Source: Candidatus Binatia bacterium
GTDB lineage: Bacteria > Desulfobacterota > Binatia > Bin18
Direction: 5' to 3'
Assembly: GCA_963664395.2 (NCBI GenBank)
Contig: OY761159.2
Span: forward strand, 3,584,001-3,648,000
Length of the DNA stretch: 64,000 nt
The notes under the pieces were generated by a model, which worked only from the letters and a program-made list of their open reading frames with translations, made no database searches and had not been told where the DNA came from. Shown in pieces: positions 1 to 10,630 of this stretch. Positions within the stretch are counted from its first letter, which is position 1. Each line of letters begins with the position of its first letter. Position numbers and translations under genes: made by a program.

Positions 1-158
1 CCCTTCGTACGACTGCGTTTGAGCAGGCTGCAATTGAGGGCGGAGATTCCATCTCAGCTCTATTCGAGCGGCGCGACCGGGCTGTCTCTCAGGCCCTTGA
101 CGGCATCACGCTCCGCTCTTTAGTTACCGCAGGTCCCGCAGGTCCTTTGGACCGTTAG
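1..158 (+). CDS. C-terminal fragment of a gene entering the window, possibly YihY/BrkB family with Rrf2-like tail
   Basis: Frame from nt 3 is open (LRTTAFEQAAIEGGDSISALFERRDRAVSQALDGITLRSLV...) to TAG 156-158; the LDGITLRSL tail resembles Rrf2-like C-termini; lies just upstream of tamA. Confidence 0.45.
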   Translation, partial: LRTTAFEQAAIEGGDSISALFERRDRAVSQALDGITLRSLVTAGPAGPLDR

Positions 159-177
159 CCGTCTCCACTCTTCCCCC

Positions 178-2067
178 GTGTTTGCTGTTGCCCACTATGA
201 CGAAGCTGTGAGAAAGGAGAATGCCCGGTATCTTCAGCCCGTCCTGTCTCTTTCCGTCCTGTTCTGTTTCGTCTGGATGTTGGGCTGGGGAGATGCCGTT
301 TTTGCCCTCTCGCTCGAACAACTCGACCCGGAACGTGAATGGCGGGTCGAGTCGATAGGGCTGTCCGGCAACGAAAAGTTTGACACAAAGACCTTGCTGG
401 CCGAGCTGCAAACGACAGCGCGGCCCTGGTATATGCCGTGGAAAAAGAGACCGCTCTTCGACCCCGTCACGTTTGAGACGGACCTTGAACGGGTCCGGCA
501 GTATTATGAAACCCAGGGCTATTATCAGGTAGAGGTGACGTATGATATGCACACCGATGACGCGCAGGGCGTGGTTGCCCTCGCGGTTCAGATCACAGAG
601 AACGAGCCCGTTACGGTGGGGTCGCTGGGTGTGGAGGTCGCTGCCGAATCACAAACGGCAGTGGTCGAGCTGCCGGAGCGTTTACCGCTTGAGACCGGGG
701 CAACATTTACCCAGGCGGCCTATGTCCGGGCTGAGCAGGATCTCCGTCAGGTCTTTCTTCAGCATGGCCGTTCCTGGGTTGAAATCGAACGCAAAGCAGC
801 CGTTGACCTGAATACCCGGCAGGCCCGGATTGTGTACTCCATCACACCGGGACCGCCCACCATATTCGGGACAACCCACATTGACGGTACGCGTGAGGTT
901 GATCCGCAACTCGTGCTCAGGGAAGTCACCTATGCGTCCGGTGAGCCTTTTTCCCTGGCGGATATTGAGGCGTCGCGTCAGAATATCCTTGGCTTGGATC
1001 TTTTTCACTCGGTGAATATGGAGCTCCAGCAGGCGGACGAAAAACCGCGCCATGTCCCCATCCGGATACGCGTGGCGGAGAAAGAGCCGCGCAGCATTCG
1101 GCTTGGTGCCGGCTATAGCACGGACGAGGAGTTTATGGGTCAGGCCGCGTGGCGGCATCGGAATTGGTTGGGCGGAGGGCGGCGCCTCTCTGTCGCGCTG
1201 CGTTTGTCTGCCCTCCAGCGTTCTATTGGAGCCACGTTTGTGCAGCCCTACTTTCTGGCCCATGACACTGCGCTGCACAGTGACGCGCAGCAAGGACAGG
1301 AAGATGAAGAGACGTATCTCCTCAATTATTCCCGCCTGCGGCCACGTATTGAGCGCCATTTCTCTCCGACCTTCTCCGGCTTTGTCGGCTATCGTGCCGA
1401 GTTTCTGAAATTCAACGAAGTAGGCAGTTCCACCATCCGCACCCTGGGGGGCCTTCGCCGCGAGGGCGTCTTGTCCGGTCCCACCCTTGGTCTGGTCTGG
1501 GATACGACTGAAGATCTCTTGAATCCGACCCAGGGGGGGATACTGTCTGTGTTTGCCAATCAAGCGGGAAAAGTCTGGGGCGGCGACTATCAGTTTTTTA
1601 ACCTGACTGCCGAAGCCAAACGCTATCGGCGTCTCGGCTGGGGGGTTGTCCTCGCCAGCCGCCTCAAAATCGGCCTCAGCGACTTTTTTGGATCACCGCG
1701 CAATATCCCCCTGTCCGAGCGCCTGTATGCCGGAGGCGGCGGGGGTGTGCGTGGCTATGGCCGGCGCAAACTTGGGGCATTGAACGCTGCGGACGACCCG
1801 CTTGGAGGACTCAGTGTGATCGAAGGCTCAGTCGAACTTCGTCGGTCGTTATGGCGCCAATTAGCCGGGGCGGTCTTCCTCGATTTTGGTCAGCTCTCGC
1901 TTGATGCCTATGATATTCCTGTTGATAATCTCCAATTTACGCCGGGCTTTGGGGTGAGTTATGCCACGCTCATCGGACCGTTGCGGCTCGATATCGGTTT
2001 TCCAATCGAGCCTGCGGAGGATGATGAGCCGTGGCAGGTCCATTTCAGCATTGGGCAATCGTTTTGA
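178..2067 (+). CDS. tamA: Omp85 family outer membrane protein, TamA-like (POTRA domains + beta-barrel)
   Basis: Signal-like N-terminus, POTRA-like segments (Y..QGYY, LGLDLFHSV), RHRNWLGGG barrel start, VRGY motif, C-terminal FSIGQSF; adjacent to tamB; start may be GTG 208. Confidence 0.85.
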   Translation: MFAVAHYDEAVRKENARYLQPVLSLSVLFCFVWMLGWGDAVFALSLEQLDPEREWRVESIGLSGNEKFDTKTLLAELQTTARPWYMPWKKRPLFDPVTFETDLERVRQYYETQGYYQVEVTYDMHTDDAQGVVALAVQITENEPVTVGSLGVEVAAESQTAVVELPERLPLETGATFTQAAYVRAEQDLRQVFLQHGRSWVEIERKAAVDLNTRQARIVYSITPGPPTIFGTTHIDGTREVDPQLVLREVTYASGEPFSLADIEASRQNILGLDLFHSVNMELQQADEKPRHVPIRIRVAEKEPRSIRLGAGYSTDEEFMGQAAWRHRNWLGGGRRLSVALRLSALQRSIGATFVQPYFLAHDTALHSDAQQGQEDEETYLLNYSRLRPRIERHFSPTFSGFVGYRAEFLKFNEVGSSTIRTLGGLRREGVLSGPTLGLVWDTTEDLLNPTQGGILSVFANQAGKVWGGDYQFFNLTAEAKRYRRLGWGVVLASRLKIGLSDFFGSPRNIPLSERLYAGGGGGVRGYGRRKLGALNAADDPLGGLSVIEGSVELRRSLWRQLAGAVFLDFGQLSLDAYDIPVDNLQFTPGFGVSYATLIGPLRLDIGFPIEPAEDDEPWQVHFSIGQSF

Positions 2068-2081
2068 GGGAGGGGGAAGGG

Positions 2082-5000
2082 GTGCGGTCTGTGCGGCGAA
2101 TTCTGCTGATTGTCGGGAGCCTGGGCGCTCTGCTCGTTATTGGGGCGCTCCTTTTTCTTCGGACCGCCCAGTTTCAGGCACTCCTGCACGCTCACCTCGT
2201 CTCAAGCCTGAATGCGACCCTGCCTGGGGACGTCAGCCTGGGCGGGGTCGCAGGCTCTGTGTGGCAGGATCTGCAGCTCACCGACTTTATCGTTCGCTAC
2301 GAAGAAAAAGATGTCGTCCGCATTCCGCGGTTGACAGTCCGGTATGCGCTGCGGTCCCTCCTCACCGGCCAGGTCCACATTACGCACATTGACGTGCATG
2401 AGCCTGTCGTCCGACTGGTCCAGGACGCGGCCGGCAATTGGAATCTGCTCAAAGCCCTCGTTCCGGACGCAACACAGGCAGCCGGCACCCACAAAGACAA
2501 TACGCCGGGCGCTGGTGTCGGTATGGATGTTGTCCTCAACGCCTTCAGCATCCACAACGCAACGATCGAGATTGCTCTAGCCGACCGGGCCGCAGCGTCT
2601 CCGTATCGCTTGCACGATATGACCCTTGAGGCCCATGCTGGATTGGAGGGTGAGCGGCTGCATGCCGTACTCGACAGATTTGCAGTCACTATTGCTGCGG
2701 CGCCGCTTCCTCCGCTGAACATTGTCGCTTCGGCAGCGATACACGGAGGCCTGGACAAGCTGTCCATCGACATACCGCACGTTTCCATTACCTCGGCGCA
2801 TTCTCAATTGCAGTTTGCCGGCCAAGTCAAAGATCTGAACGCTATGGCGCTGGACGGAACGCTCTCTATTCAAAAACTGGCCGCGGCTGACCTGGCCGCG
2901 GTCGTTCCCGGCTGGCCGGTACAAGACGATATATCCGGAGAAGTCCGTGTCACAGGTACACTCGCTGATATGCACACTGATGTGACGCTGGCTGTTGCGG
3001 ACGCAGCCCTCACGCTGAACACGCAGGCCGACCTGAGTCAAAGCGTACCCTCATACGCCGGCACAATGGCTTTCTCTCGTTTTGATATGGCAAAGCTCCT
3101 CGGTGACGCCGCACTTGCAGGTATATTTGAGGGTAGCCTGGAAGTGGCCGGGCAGGGGGCAGACCTGGCCGTTCTGACTGGGGCAACTGCGCTCCAGGTC
3201 CAGGCGCTGCGTGTTGGGGCGTGGCACGTCGGCGATGTGGGGCTGCATGGTACTCTGAAACAACAAGTGGGCGAGATCAATGGGACAATAGTGGCGGAGT
3301 CGGGCCAGGCAAACTGGAGCGCCGCAATCCAGCTTGCCGACGAGTTTGCGTACACATTCAAACTTGTGGTCGATCATCTTGATCTGCAAAAAACTGTTCC
3401 CGGCGTACCGGCGGGAAATGAGGCGCAAGCGGATACTCGGACTGTGATGACGAGCGACCTGAATCTGTCCGGTACGGTGCAGGGCAAAGGCATGGATCCG
3501 TCCAGTATGGATGTCCGGGCGGTGTTTGATATTGCTCCTTCGAGTATCGGCCCAATAACAATATACACTGGTCGTCTTGACGCCTCGGTGGCTGACGGGA
3601 AGGTGGATATTGCCGATGTCCGGCTCAAAGCCCAGGGGGCGAGCGTCACAATGCAAGGGGAACTTGGCACGACGTTGGAAGACGCGGGGAGACTTTCGTA
3701 CCAGCTCAACGTCACGGACTTTTCCCCTTGGCTGGCTCTGGCCGACCAAAAAGGGACCGGCCGGCTCACGCTCGCAGGTGAGGCTGAAGGTAACCTGGCA
3801 GACCTGCATGTCACTGGCGCATTGCAGACGCAGTCCGTGGCCCTGGAAGGCTATGCTCTCTCACAGGGGACGGTCGAGTATAATCTGACTGGGGTCGGAC
3901 GGGAATGGCCGCAAGGGAGAATACAGGTTGAGTTAGCTGGACTGAATGCCGGGATCGCGCTGCAATCTGTGGACGCACAATTGGAGTTTACGTCCGAAAA
4001 TGCGCCAGATGCGCCAGATGCGCCAGATGCGCCAGATGCGCCAGATGCGCCGGGTGCGCCCGGTGTGCAGATGACGGTTCACGCGACGGACACTGCGTCT
4101 CGGCACCACCATCTGGATACCCGGATGACCCAGTCGCCCGACCAGTTGACCGTCTCTGTGAATGCGCTTGCGCTTGCGCTGCCCGGCGGCGTCTGGGAAC
4201 TTGTACAGCCGGCTTCCGTTCTGCGGCGACAGGGGGAAATAGCGGTCAACTCCGTACAACTGAGGAATGGCGACCAACGCATTTTTTTAGACGGAAGGGT
4301 CTCAACAAAAGGCGCGCAGGATTTTCAGGTGCGGCTTGAGGAGTTTGCCGTAGCCGATCTGCGTCCTCTCATCTCGGATATGCCGAATATGCCGGCCGTG
4401 AGTGGTGTGCTGTCTACGCATATGCGGCTCTCCGGGACTGCCCAGACACCGATTATAAAGGGAAACCTCAATATCGATACCTTAAAAGTTGAACAGCTCT
4501 TGGAACAGCCCTCTACCGGGCTGTCGGCTTCGTTTGCCTATCAGGACAAGCGGGCCACACTCGATCTGACCTTTGAGCAGGATGCGCAGCACTCCTTGCA
4601 GGTCAGCGGGACGCTGCCGCTCTCCCTGCACTGGCAGGCTGGGCAGGCTGGGCAGGCTGGACTCACAACAGAAATCCTGGGGGACATGGATGCCCGCGCT
4701 TGGTCAAGCGGATTGAGCCTTGCTTTCTTGAACGCTCTGAGTGGCGAAGGGGTAAGCGACATTGCTGGTGAACTGAGCGTTGACATGCGGGTGCGCGGAC
4801 CGCTCGCAGACCCGTTTCCCCAAGGAACGGTCACGCTCCGAAACGGTCGGGTCACAGTGAGCCCACTTGGAATAGAGATTTCCGATATGACGCTTGCGCT
4901 GGTCACTGATCCCGAGACGATTCGTATTGAAGAACTCTCTGCTGTCTCCGGAAAAGGCAAGATTGAAGGGCAGGGGGCACTGCGCTTGCTCAATTATGTG

Positions 5001-6011
5001 CCGCAGGACATAGACGTGGCCCTGACTGTTGATACATGGCCGGCTATTCATACCGGGCGGTATGAAGCTGAAGTTGGGGCGGATGTGAGAATTCACGGAG
5101 CCCTCACCGCACCGCATGTGAGTGGCAGGGTTGAAGTCCTGCGGGCAGCCCTGCGCCCGGACCTTGCCTTTCTCGATAGCAGACCAATCAACCGGGATGA
5201 AACCATTCTCATTATCCCGGTCGGTGAGACCGCCAGTTCTCTGGCCGAGCAATACGCGGCAGAGCAGGCGGCTGAAAACAGGGTCGCTCACAATACGACG
5301 TTAGACCTGACGGTCCGGGTCCATCGGGATACCCGGATCAAACACGCAAATGCCTCGGTTGATTTGGCCGGCGAGGTCAAGGTTACGAAGGAGCCCGGTG
5401 CAGAGCCACGCCTGGTTGGGGATATTGAAGTGGTTCGAGGCTGGGCAGGCTTCCAGGGGCGTCGTTTCACCTTGGATGGTGGCAAGGTGAGGTTTACCGG
5501 AGGAAAAGAGACGAACCCCACTCTGGACATTGTGGCGCAATACCAAGCGCCCGAGCATGTGGTTGAAGCCGTTGTCCGGGGAACAGCACGAGAACCTACG
5601 CTCGTCTTACGCAGTGATCCGAAATTGGAACAAGCCGATATCCTGGCGGTCCTCCTTTTTGGAAAGCCGGCTAGCGCGCTCGATCAAGGCGAGAAACTTG
5701 ACCTTGAGAAACAGGCTCTGGCCATCACGGGTGGCTACGCTGCTGCCAAGATTGGTGAGTCGGTCTCTCAAGCGCTCGGACTGGAGAAACTTGGGGTCGG
5801 GCTCCAGAATTTGGATATCGTCGACCGGACGGTCGGCTTTGGGCTCGCTCTGACCAAGGGGTTACATGTATCCGTCGCTCAGGATCTGACGAAAAAGGGT
5901 GAGCGTAAAGTCTCACTGGAATATCAGCTCAGCCCGAACTGGCAGATCGATACGTCCTCCAGTTCGGGGGGCGCGAGCGAAGCCCATATTTCGTGGCAGA
6001 AAAAATACTGA
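2082..6011 (+). CDS. tamB: Translocation and assembly module TamB (AsmA-like N-terminus, DUF490 C-terminus)
   Basis: About 1300 aa, N-terminal TM anchor, beta-rich repeats, C-terminal NPTLDI...LRSDPKLEQADILAVLLFGK; GTG 2082 follows a purine-rich SD just after the tamA stop. Confidence 0.88.
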   Translation: MRSVRRILLIVGSLGALLVIGALLFLRTAQFQALLHAHLVSSLNATLPGDVSLGGVAGSVWQDLQLTDFIVRYEEKDVVRIPRLTVRYALRSLLTGQVHITHIDVHEPVVRLVQDAAGNWNLLKALVPDATQAAGTHKDNTPGAGVGMDVVLNAFSIHNATIEIALADRAAASPYRLHDMTLEAHAGLEGERLHAVLDRFAVTIAAAPLPPLNIVASAAIHGGLDKLSIDIPHVSITSAHSQLQFAGQVKDLNAMALDGTLSIQKLAAADLAAVVPGWPVQDDISGEVRVTGTLADMHTDVTLAVADAALTLNTQADLSQSVPSYAGTMAFSRFDMAKLLGDAALAGIFEGSLEVAGQGADLAVLTGATALQVQALRVGAWHVGDVGLHGTLKQQVGEINGTIVAESGQANWSAAIQLADEFAYTFKLVVDHLDLQKTVPGVPAGNEAQADTRTVMTSDLNLSGTVQGKGMDPSSMDVRAVFDIAPSSIGPITIYTGRLDASVADGKVDIADVRLKAQGASVTMQGELGTTLEDAGRLSYQLNVTDFSPWLALADQKGTGRLTLAGEAEGNLADLHVTGALQTQSVALEGYALSQGTVEYNLTGVGREWPQGRIQVELAGLNAGIALQSVDAQLEFTSENAPDAPDAPDAPDAPDAPGAPGVQMTVHATDTASRHHHLDTRMTQSPDQLTVSVNALALALPGGVWELVQPASVLRRQGEIAVNSVQLRNGDQRIFLDGRVSTKGAQDFQVRLEEFAVADLRPLISDMPNMPAVSGVLSTHMRLSGTAQTPIIKGNLNIDTLKVEQLLEQPSTGLSASFAYQDKRATLDLTFEQDAQHSLQVSGTLPLSLHWQAGQAGQAGLTTEILGDMDARAWSSGLSLAFLNALSGEGVSDIAGELSVDMRVRGPLADPFPQGTVTLRNGRVTVSPLGIEISDMTLALVTDPETIRIEELSAVSGKGKIEGQGALRLLNYVPQDIDVALTVDTWPAIHTGRYEAEVGADVRIHGALTAPHVSGRVEVLRAALRPDLAFLDSRPINRDETILIIPVGETASSLAEQYAAEQAAENRVAHNTTLDLTVRVHRDTRIKHANASVDLAGEVKVTKEPGAEPRLVGDIEVVRGWAGFQGRRFTLDGGKVRFTGGKETNPTLDIVAQYQAPEHVVEAVVRGTAREPTLVLRSDPKLEQADILAVLLFGKPASALDQGEKLDLEKQALAITGGYAAAKIGESVSQALGLEKLGVGLQNLDIVDRTVGFGLALTKGLHVSVAQDLTKKGERKVSLEYQLSPNWQIDTSSSSGGASEAHISWQKKY
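4002..4064 (+). repeat. In-frame 9-bp tandem repeat (GCGCCAGAT)x5 plus 2 variants encoding (APD)5(APG)2 in tamB
   Basis: Read directly from the sequence. Confidence 0.97.
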
Positions 6012-6211
6012 GGTATTCGTGCGTTGAGCGTGATACGGACGAGCGCGGCTGTATTGAAGAACACGAACCCCACCGCCGTTCATTTCGGGTCCGCGCACAG
6101 GTCCGCGCATTTGTTTCAATCCGGGCTATGCGGTATTCTAAAAAAGAAGCGCCTAGAGCGCGCCGGCCATGAGGGGGAAGAGGAGGCCGGTGGTGGAAGG
6201 AGGGGGATGAC

Positions 6212-7561
6212 GTGGGGACTCAGAATCATTATCGAAGTGGCAGTCTCAACCTCAACGTGAGGGGGCTCAAACAGTCAGCGACCTTAGCGATCAATGAACA
6301 GAGCAACGCGCTCCGCCGCGCAGGACGCCGCATCTATAAACTTGGGTTGGGTCAATCGCCCTTTCCCGTTCCGTCTGAAGTTGTGGATGCGCTCAAGCAT
6401 CACGCCCACGAAAGAGACTACCTGCCCGTCACCGGTCTGCCCGCCTTACGTGAAGCAGTGGCAGAGTTTCATCGCCAGAAAGACCATGTGGAGGCCCGCC
6501 CCGAGGGTGTCCTGGTCGGGCCTGGTTCAAAGGAACTCATGTTCCTCCTCCAGCTTGCCTTTTATGGCGAATTGCTGGTGCCGTCCCCGGCCTGGGTGTC
6601 TTATGTGCCACAGGCTCGCATCATCGGTCGGACCGTCAATCTGATACAGACGACATTCGAAGAGAACTGGCGCGTCTCTCCCCGGCGCTTGGAAGAAATC
6701 TGTCAGGCCGACCCGGACCGGCCGCGTATTCTCGTGTTGAATTATCCAGGGAACCCCGAAGGGGGTAGCTATACGGCGCAGGAACTCGAAGAGCTGGCTG
6801 CGGTCGCGCGTCGTTTTGGCGTGATTCTGCTGTCGGATGAAATTTATGGTCAACTGCATCACCAGGGGGCGCACGTGTCTGTTGCCCGTTTCTATCCGGA
6901 AGGAACAATTATCAGTTCCGGGCTGTCCAAATGGTGTGGGGCTGGCGGTTGGCGGCTGGGGACTTTTACCTTTCCGTCGGACTTGGACTGGCTGCTGGAC
7001 GCGATGGCTGCCGTCGCCAGCGAGACCTATACCTCGGTCAGCGCCCCGATTCAGTATGCGGCGATCCGGGCGTTTCAGGATGGCATTGCGATCGAGCGCT
7101 ATCTCTCGCACGTCCGCCGTATTCTGTCGGCCCTGGGCCAACACTGCACCCAGATTCTGCAGGCAGCCGGCGTCCGGGTGCAGGCGCCGGTGGGAGCCTT
7201 TTATCTCTTTCCGGACTTTTCACATTTTGCCAAGCGGCTTGCGCGGCGCGGGATTACGGATAGTGTCTCTTTGTGTGAAAATCTCCTGCACGATACCGGC
7301 GTCGCCGTCCTGCCCGGATCGGTCTTTCAGCGACCGCGGGAAGAACTCACCGCTCGGATTGCCTATGTCGGCTTCGACGGCGCGAAGGCACTCACCGCGA
7401 GTGAGGCGATTCCGCTCGACCACGACCTACCGACCGATTTTATTGAGCGCTGGTGTGGAGATATGACCGAAGCCGTGCAGCGCATGACGAGCTGGGTGGC
7501 GGAAACGAAGTCGCCCAAAGTCGTAGATCTGGTAGATCGAAAAGAAAGGGCCAGCGGGTAA
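6212..7561 (+). CDS. PLP-dependent aminotransferase class I/II (aspartate aminotransferase-like)
   Basis: LGLGQSPF, GPGSKE, LNYPGNPEG, LSDEIY, SGLSKWCGAGGWRLG (PLP lysine), GAFYLF. Confidence 0.9.
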   Translation: MGTQNHYRSGSLNLNVRGLKQSATLAINEQSNALRRAGRRIYKLGLGQSPFPVPSEVVDALKHHAHERDYLPVTGLPALREAVAEFHRQKDHVEARPEGVLVGPGSKELMFLLQLAFYGELLVPSPAWVSYVPQARIIGRTVNLIQTTFEENWRVSPRRLEEICQADPDRPRILVLNYPGNPEGGSYTAQELEELAAVARRFGVILLSDEIYGQLHHQGAHVSVARFYPEGTIISSGLSKWCGAGGWRLGTFTFPSDLDWLLDAMAAVASETYTSVSAPIQYAAIRAFQDGIAIERYLSHVRRILSALGQHCTQILQAAGVRVQAPVGAFYLFPDFSHFAKRLARRGITDSVSLCENLLHDTGVAVLPGSVFQRPREELTARIAYVGFDGAKALTASEAIPLDHDLPTDFIERWCGDMTEAVQRMTSWVAETKSPKVVDLVDRKERASG

Positions 7562-7582
7562 ACCGGGCCAAAAAGACGTTTC

Positions 7583-7618
7583 CCCTCTCCCCCGCCCTCT
7601 CCCCCACGGGGCGAGGGG
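7583..7618. repeat. REP-like palindrome, family B (CCCTCxCCCCxxCCCTCTCCC...GGGxGAGG)
   Basis: Similar to copies at 23520-23551 and 30768-30799; intergenic. Confidence 0.7.
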
Positions 7619-7627
7619 GCAAAAAAG

Positions 7628-7653
7628 GTAGGGGCAACCCCCCGTGGTTGCCC
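7628..7653 (+). repeat. GTAG-type REP element (GTAG + GGGCAACC...GGTTGCCC hairpin)
   Basis: GTAG tetranucleotide immediately followed by an 8-bp perfect inverted repeat. Confidence 0.65.
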
Positions 7654-7673
7654 GACCCCGTGGTTGCTTCTCC

Positions 7674-7701
7674 TTGACACGCAACAAATCAGTCTTACCT
7701 T
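7674..7701 (+). promoter_or_regulatory. Putative sigma70-type promoter of clpB
   Basis: TTGACA (7674-7679), 16 bp spacer, TACCTT (7696-7701). Confidence 0.45.
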
Positions 7702-7777
7702 TTTCGTAGTCAAGACTCACAGCCAGTTAAGCACAACAGGGCCAAAGAGCCAAGCTGGCTGGAGGAAGGAGGGCAGC

Positions 7778-10393
7778 GTGGATCTCAATCGTTTGACTGA
7801 AAAATCACAAGAAGCCCTACGTCAGGCCCAGGCGCTGGCAACCCGACGGAATAACCAGGGGGTTGATGTTGAGCATGTGTTTGCCGCATTAACCGAATCT
7901 TCCGACGGAATCGTCCCGGCTCTTATCAATCAGGCTGGAGTGTCCCTCGGTTCCGTTACCGCCGAGCTTGAAAAGGTGCTGAGTCGCATTCCGCAGGTGT
8001 CCGGCCCGGCGAGTGGCCCCGTCTATGTCACCCAGCGCTTGTCACAGCTGCTCACCCGCGCTGAAGATGAAGCCAAAGAACTCAAAGACGACTATGTGAG
8101 CGTCGAGCATGTGCTCTTAGCCATGCTGGAAGACGATGGAGCGACGGGCCGGTTACTGCGCGACCGTGGCCTCAGCCGCGAGCGCGTGCTCACCGCGCTC
8201 CAGAAAGTCCGTGGCCACCAACGTGTGACCAATCAGAATCCGGAGGGAACCTATCAGGCTCTGGAACGCTATGGCCGAGACCTGACGCAGGCGGCAAGTT
8301 TGGGCAAGCTCGATCCGGTCATTGGCCGGGATGATGAAATTCGCCGGATCGTGCAGGTGCTCTCTCGCCGCACAAAAAATAATCCGGTGCTGATCGGTGA
8401 GCCGGGTGTGGGCAAGACCGCTATTGTGGAAGGGCTGGCGCAACGCATCGTCAGCGGCGATGTGCCGGAGAGTCTGAAGAATCGCCGGGTGATTGTCCTG
8501 GATATGGGCGCTCTGATTGCCGGTGCAAAATTTCGGGGGGAGTTTGAAGAGCGGCTCAAAGCCGTGCTCAAAGAAGTTCAGGAGTCTGAGGGCGAAGTGG
8601 TGCTGTTTATCGACGAGTTGCATACGGTGGTGGGGGCCGGCGCAACCGAGGGCGCTATGGACGCGGCCAATCTGCTGAAGCCGATGCTGGCCCGCGGCGA
8701 GTTGCACTGTATCGGGGCGACCACGCTCAATGAGTATCGTCAATACGTGGAAAAGGACCGCGCCCTGGAACGGCGCTTCCAGCCGGTCACGGTTGACCAG
8801 CCGTCCGTGGAAGACACAATTTCCATTTTGCGGGGACTGCGCGAACGCTATGAAATCCACCACGGGGTTCGCATCAAAGACGCGGCGCTGGTGACCTCGG
8901 CGGTATTGTCGCAGCGCTACATCAGTGATCGCTTTCTGCCGGATAAAGCGATTGATCTGGTGGATGAAGCCGCGGCCCGGCTGCGCACCGAGATTGACTC
9001 CATGCCGACTGAACTGGACGAAGTGTCCAGGCGGGTGATGCAGCTTGAAATCGAACGCGAAGCCTTACGCAAGGAGACGGACCAGGCCTCGCAGGCTCGG
9101 CTGGAGAAGCTGGAAAAGGAGCTGGCGGATTGTCAGGCCGAGGCGGCGGCGCTGAGAGCCCGGTGGGAGATGGAGAAGGGCAGTATCGGTCAGTTGCGCA
9201 GTATTAAGGAAGCCATTGAGCAGACCAGACGCGCTATTGAAAAAGCCGAACGCGACTACGACCTCAACCGGGTGGCTGAACTCAAATACGGCACGTTGGC
9301 CCAGCTTGAGCGCGACCTGGCGGATGGGGAAGCGAAGCTCCAGAGCGAACAGGGCCCGAGTCGCCTCCTCAAGGAAGAGGTTGATGAAGACGATATTGCC
9401 GCCATTATCTCACGCTGGACGGGTATTCCCGTTTCAAGGCTGCTCGAAGGTGAACGGGAGAAATTATTGCACCTCGGTGAGTTGCTGCATCAACGGCTGA
9501 TCGGCCAGGAGGAAGCCGTTCAGGCGGTGGCCGACGCGGTTATTCGAGCCCGCTCGGGGCTCAAAGATCCCAACCGTCCGATTGGGTCGTTCATCTTTCT
9601 GGGGCCGACCGGGGTGGGGAAAACCGAACTGGCGCGTGCGCTGGCTGAATTTTTGTTCGATGATGAGACCAATATGGTCCGGCTCGATATGTCGGAATAC
9701 ATGGAGAAGCATACGGTCGCGCGTCTCATTGGTGCGCCTCCGGGGTATGTGGGCTATGACGAAGGCGGGCAACTGACCGAGGCGGTCCGGCGGAAACCCT
9801 ACGCGGTCATCCTGTTTGACGAGATCGAAAAAGCCCACCCTGATGTCTTCAATGCGCTGCTTCAGATTCTGGACGATGGGCGGCTGACCGACGGTCATGG
9901 ACGAACGGTTGACTTTAAGAACACCGTTATCATCATGACCTCGAACGTAGGCAGCCAGTTGATCTTGGGCTATCGGGGCGGTGATGATGCCGAGGCGTAT
10001 GAGCGCATGAAGAGAGATGTGCTGGATGCTCTGCGGAACGAATTCCGACCGGAATTTTTGAATCGGGTCGATGAAATCGTAGTGTTCCACAGTCTGAACC
10101 GAGAGCACTTGAAACAGATCGTCGAGATCCAGCTTGCGCACTTGCGGGAGCGGTTGGCCGAACGGCAAATCACGCTCGAACTGACGGAAAGCGCTAAGGA
10201 ATACTTCGCCCAAACCGGCTATGACCCAACCTATGGGGCTCGCCCGCTCAAGCGTCTCCTGCAGAAAGAGATAGAGACCTATCTTGGCCGAAAAATCATC
10301 GCCGGTGAGGTGGCCGAGAACGCCCACGTGATCATTGACTACGACCGCCACGCCCTCACCTTCTCCACCTCACCTGTGGCGGCGGTTGCGTAG
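7778..10393 (+). CDS. clpB: ATP-dependent chaperone ClpB
   Basis: Two AAA+ modules ([16 protein letters not shown]), long coiled-coil middle domain, GAPPGYVGY; GTG 7778 after GGAGG SD. Confidence 0.98.
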   Translation: MDLNRLTEKSQEALRQAQALATRRNNQGVDVEHVFAALTESSDGIVPALINQAGVSLGSVTAELEKVLSRIPQVSGPASGPVYVTQRLSQLLTRAEDEAKELKDDYVSVEHVLLAMLEDDGATGRLLRDRGLSRERVLTALQKVRGHQRVTNQNPEGTYQALERYGRDLTQAASLGKLDPVIGRDDEIRRIVQVLSRRTKNNPVLIGEPGVGKTAIVEGLAQRIVSGDVPESLKNRRVIVLDMGALIAGAKFRGEFEERLKAVLKEVQESEGEVVLFIDELHTVVGAGATEGAMDAANLLKPMLARGELHCIGATTLNEYRQYVEKDRALERRFQPVTVDQPSVEDTISILRGLRERYEIHHGVRIKDAALVTSAVLSQRYISDRFLPDKAIDLVDEAAARLRTEIDSMPTELDEVSRRVMQLEIEREALRKETDQASQARLEKLEKELADCQAEAAALRARWEMEKGSIGQLRSIKEAIEQTRRAIEKAERDYDLNRVAELKYGTLAQLERDLADGEAKLQSEQGPSRLLKEEVDEDDIAAIISRWTGIPVSRLLEGEREKLLHLGELLHQRLIGQEEAVQAVADAVIRARSGLKDPNRPIGSFIFLGPTGVGKTELARALAEFLFDDETNMVRLDMSEYMEKHTVARLIGAPPGYVGYDEGGQLTEAVRRKPYAVILFDEIEKAHPDVFNALLQILDDGRLTDGHGRTVDFKNTVIIMTSNVGSQLILGYRGGDDAEAYERMKRDVLDALRNEFRPEFLNRVDEIVVFHSLNREHLKQIVEIQLAHLRERLAERQITLELTESAKEYFAQTGYDPTYGARPLKRLLQKEIETYLGRKIIAGEVAENAHVIIDYDRHALTFSTSPVAAVA

Positions 10394-10511
10394 ATTCGTA
10401 CCGTAACGCCCACCGGGCTGTTGCGTGTTCATAGTGAGGAGAGAGAGGGTTGTCTTCCCTCTTCCTCAAGATCCAGAATAAAACCACGTTCTTGTAAATG
10501 GCCTTTTTTAA

Positions 10512-10540
10512 TTGACTTTTTGGCCATTTCTTTCTACAGT
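10512..10540 (+). promoter_or_regulatory. Putative sigma70 promoter of the KamA-like gene
   Basis: TTGACT, 17 bp spacer, TACAGT; flanked by the inverted repeat AAATGGCC (10496-10503) / GGCCATTT (10522-10529). Confidence 0.65.
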
Positions 10541-10545
10541 CCCCC

Positions 10546-10630
10546 CTCTAAGGCAAGTAGAGCTTCCTACTTGCCCTATGTTCGAGATACTCGAAATGGA
10601 AAGAGGAGACTCCTAAGAGGAGGTATCTCT
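10546..10630 (+). promoter_or_regulatory. Structured 5' leader with three hairpins, the last occluding the SD
   Basis: GGCAAGTAG/CTACTTGCC (10552-10575), TTCGAG/CTCGAA (10581-10595), and an imperfect 10602-10630 stem pairing CTCCT with AGGAG. Confidence 0.55.

Noticed and set aside
682-1563. 293-aa antisense ORF within tamA
   Set aside because: Antisense shadow
7680-7777. CIRCE, HAIR or CtsR operator upstream of clpB
   Set aside because: No adequate match to TTAGCACTC-N9-GAGTGCTAA, CTTGAGT-N7-ACTCAAG or the CtsR heptad repeats
8153-10351. Long antisense ORFs (236 and 295 aa) inside clpB
   Set aside because: Typical antisense shadows of a GC-rich conserved gene
10541-10630. Leader as a hammerhead ribozyme or lysine riboswitch
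   Set aside because: No CUGAnGA core, and too short with none of the L-box conserved segments
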